Positions 56,455-57,523 of a DNA stretch of 57,523 bases are shown here, piece after piece (position 1 is the first letter of the stretch; every line of letters starts with the position of its first letter). Under the pieces are notes generated by a model. The model searched no databases, was not told where the DNA came from, and saw only the letters and a list, made by a program, of their open reading frames with translations. Position numbers and translations under genes: made by a program. Source of the DNA: Pseudomonadota bacterium (lineage in GTDB: Bacteria > Pseudomonadota > Gammaproteobacteria > Burkholderiales > Burkholderiaceae_C); NCBI GenBank assembly GCA_023410975.1, contig JAEYPG010000150.1, forward strand, positions 1-57,523, given 5' to 3'.

Positions 56455-57055
56455 ACGCAGAAACAGATGCATTTCCGCCCGAGCGTGGCTCGGCAGCAAC
56501 CAACCGTCCGGCACGCTCAGGTGAGCTGCATGCCTGCCGTCTCACCTGAACAACTTCCCTGTGGGCAAGTCGGGGGACGACAAGAGTTATGCACGCAGAA
56601 ACGGATGCAGTTGGACGCAGAAACAGATGCATCGACACGCAGAAACGGATGCAAAGAACGCAGAAACAGATGCATTCGTACGCAGAAACGGATGCAGCAA
56701 GGCATAGTTAGTTCAAGTGGATCAACGACTTAGAACCGTCTTGTATTGGTATTAGGGTTCTAGGGATGTACTTCCTGTACCAAGGCGGCCTGCAACCGTG
56801 GACAGCTACGCTGCCCACCGTTCCAGGCCGCTCCACCAGCCAGTAGAAATTGAGCCGGTGCTGAAACCCGGCCATCAGTCCAACGAGGCGTGGCCAGCCG
56901 AGCTTTCCAGACTGCGCGGTCCGCGCGTCTGTGCAGCACGCAGAAACGGATGCATTTCGCGGTGCGGGCCGATCCCGGACAACGCCAACTTCCGTCATCA
57001 CTAGGCGCCTCCTGACGTGCTGCTGCATGCCCAGGGGCACGCAGAAACAGATGCA
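56455..57055 (+). repeat. oriV iteron array (8 x ACGCAGAAACRGATGCA) with adjacent AT-richer segment
   Basis: Copies at 56455, tandem 56593/56615/56637/56658/56680 (21-22-bp period), 56938 and 57039. AT-richer stretch about 56705-56780. Confidence 0.93.
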
Positions 57056-57171
57056 TTTCAAGGCTGCGGTGAGACGCCGATAGGTCTAACCGCCACTACC
57101 CACCGCCCTTTACGACAGCACCGCTAGGATGGCTGCCCCCGACAGCTTGCCCTTCCCCTGCTCCAAACCCT

Positions 57172-57397
57172 ATGCCTTCCCGCCCCTTTGCCCAAGTCGA
57201 CGTGTTCACTGGAACCCCGTGCCTCAGTAACCCGGTGGCCGTGGTGCTGGACGGCCGCGGCCTTGATACCGCCACCATGCAGCGCTTCACCGACTGGACG
57301 AACCTGTCGGAAGCCACCTTCGTGCTGCCGCCCACGAAGCCCGGCGCGGACTATGCGTTGCGCATCTTTTGCCCCGGGCGCGAGCTGCCCTTCGCGG
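57172..57397 (+). pseudogene. PhzF-family epimerase 5' fragment, interrupted before the GHP motif
   Basis: QVDVFT...NPVAVV...NLSEATF...RIFCPGRELPFA|G. Similarity ends at TGTCAC. Confidence 0.85.
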
Positions 57398-57523
57398 TGT
57401 CACGCGTCGGCGTAATCCGGCCACCCAGAGTCGGCATATACCGGCCAGCTTTGCCGGTGCCGAAGGGCGTCTCGAACGACCCCATTGAGGAACTTATTTT
57501 GATGCGTTGACGGGCTTGGCTTG
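57398..57523. mobile_element. End of an insertion sequence (IS21-like), continuing beyond the window
   Basis: Begins TGTCAC. Internal repeats GTCGGCGTAATCCGGCCA / GTCGGCATATACCGGCCA. Truncates the PhzF-family gene. Confidence 0.7.

Noticed and set aside
54442..56733. 763-aa plus-strand ORF
   Set aside because: Runs antisense to repA and through the iterons; its peptide repeats are translated iterons.

Overview
GC-rich accessory DNA, probably from a betaproteobacterial (Burkholderiales-like) plasmid or chromid. The right end carries an iteron-type replicon: repA plus 12 copies of ACGCAGAAACRGATGCA. Left to right: (1) 1-8398, a tightly coupled operon combining dynamin-like GTPase(s), a GrpE-like protein, a DUF1566/Lcl-Hsp70-like fusion, an isoprenoid-synthase-fold (DDxxD) protein and a lysine-less lipoyl-like domain, a candidate undescribed system; (2) 8848-21760, an intact recC-recB-recD operon followed by a tandem DUF262 / DUF262-DUF1524 (GmrSD/TgvAB-like) pair; (3) 21.9-31.5 kb, defence-island-type singletons (caspase/CHAT-like protein, 5'-nucleotidase, LRR protein, HExxH protein, PD-(D/E)XK nuclease) and a frameshifted WYL regulator; the palindrome GCGACA-NGACS-TGTCGC occurs twice upstream of the WYL operon and once upstream of recC; (4) 31.6-37.2 kb, an operon with an FtsK-gamma + degenerate FtsZ fusion and a nuclease gene split by a transposase-less IS21-type element with a nested IS630; (5) DEDDh exonuclease, ProQ/FinO, an integrase + IS91-type element, an AT-rich cassette-like block, a methyltransferase-HNH/HNH pair, a small protein with an FtsZ C-terminal-peptide mimic, the replicon, and a PhzF-family gene cut by an IS end. 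No rRNA, tRNA or CRISPR array was seen. All family calls come from recognising motifs by eye, not from database searches.
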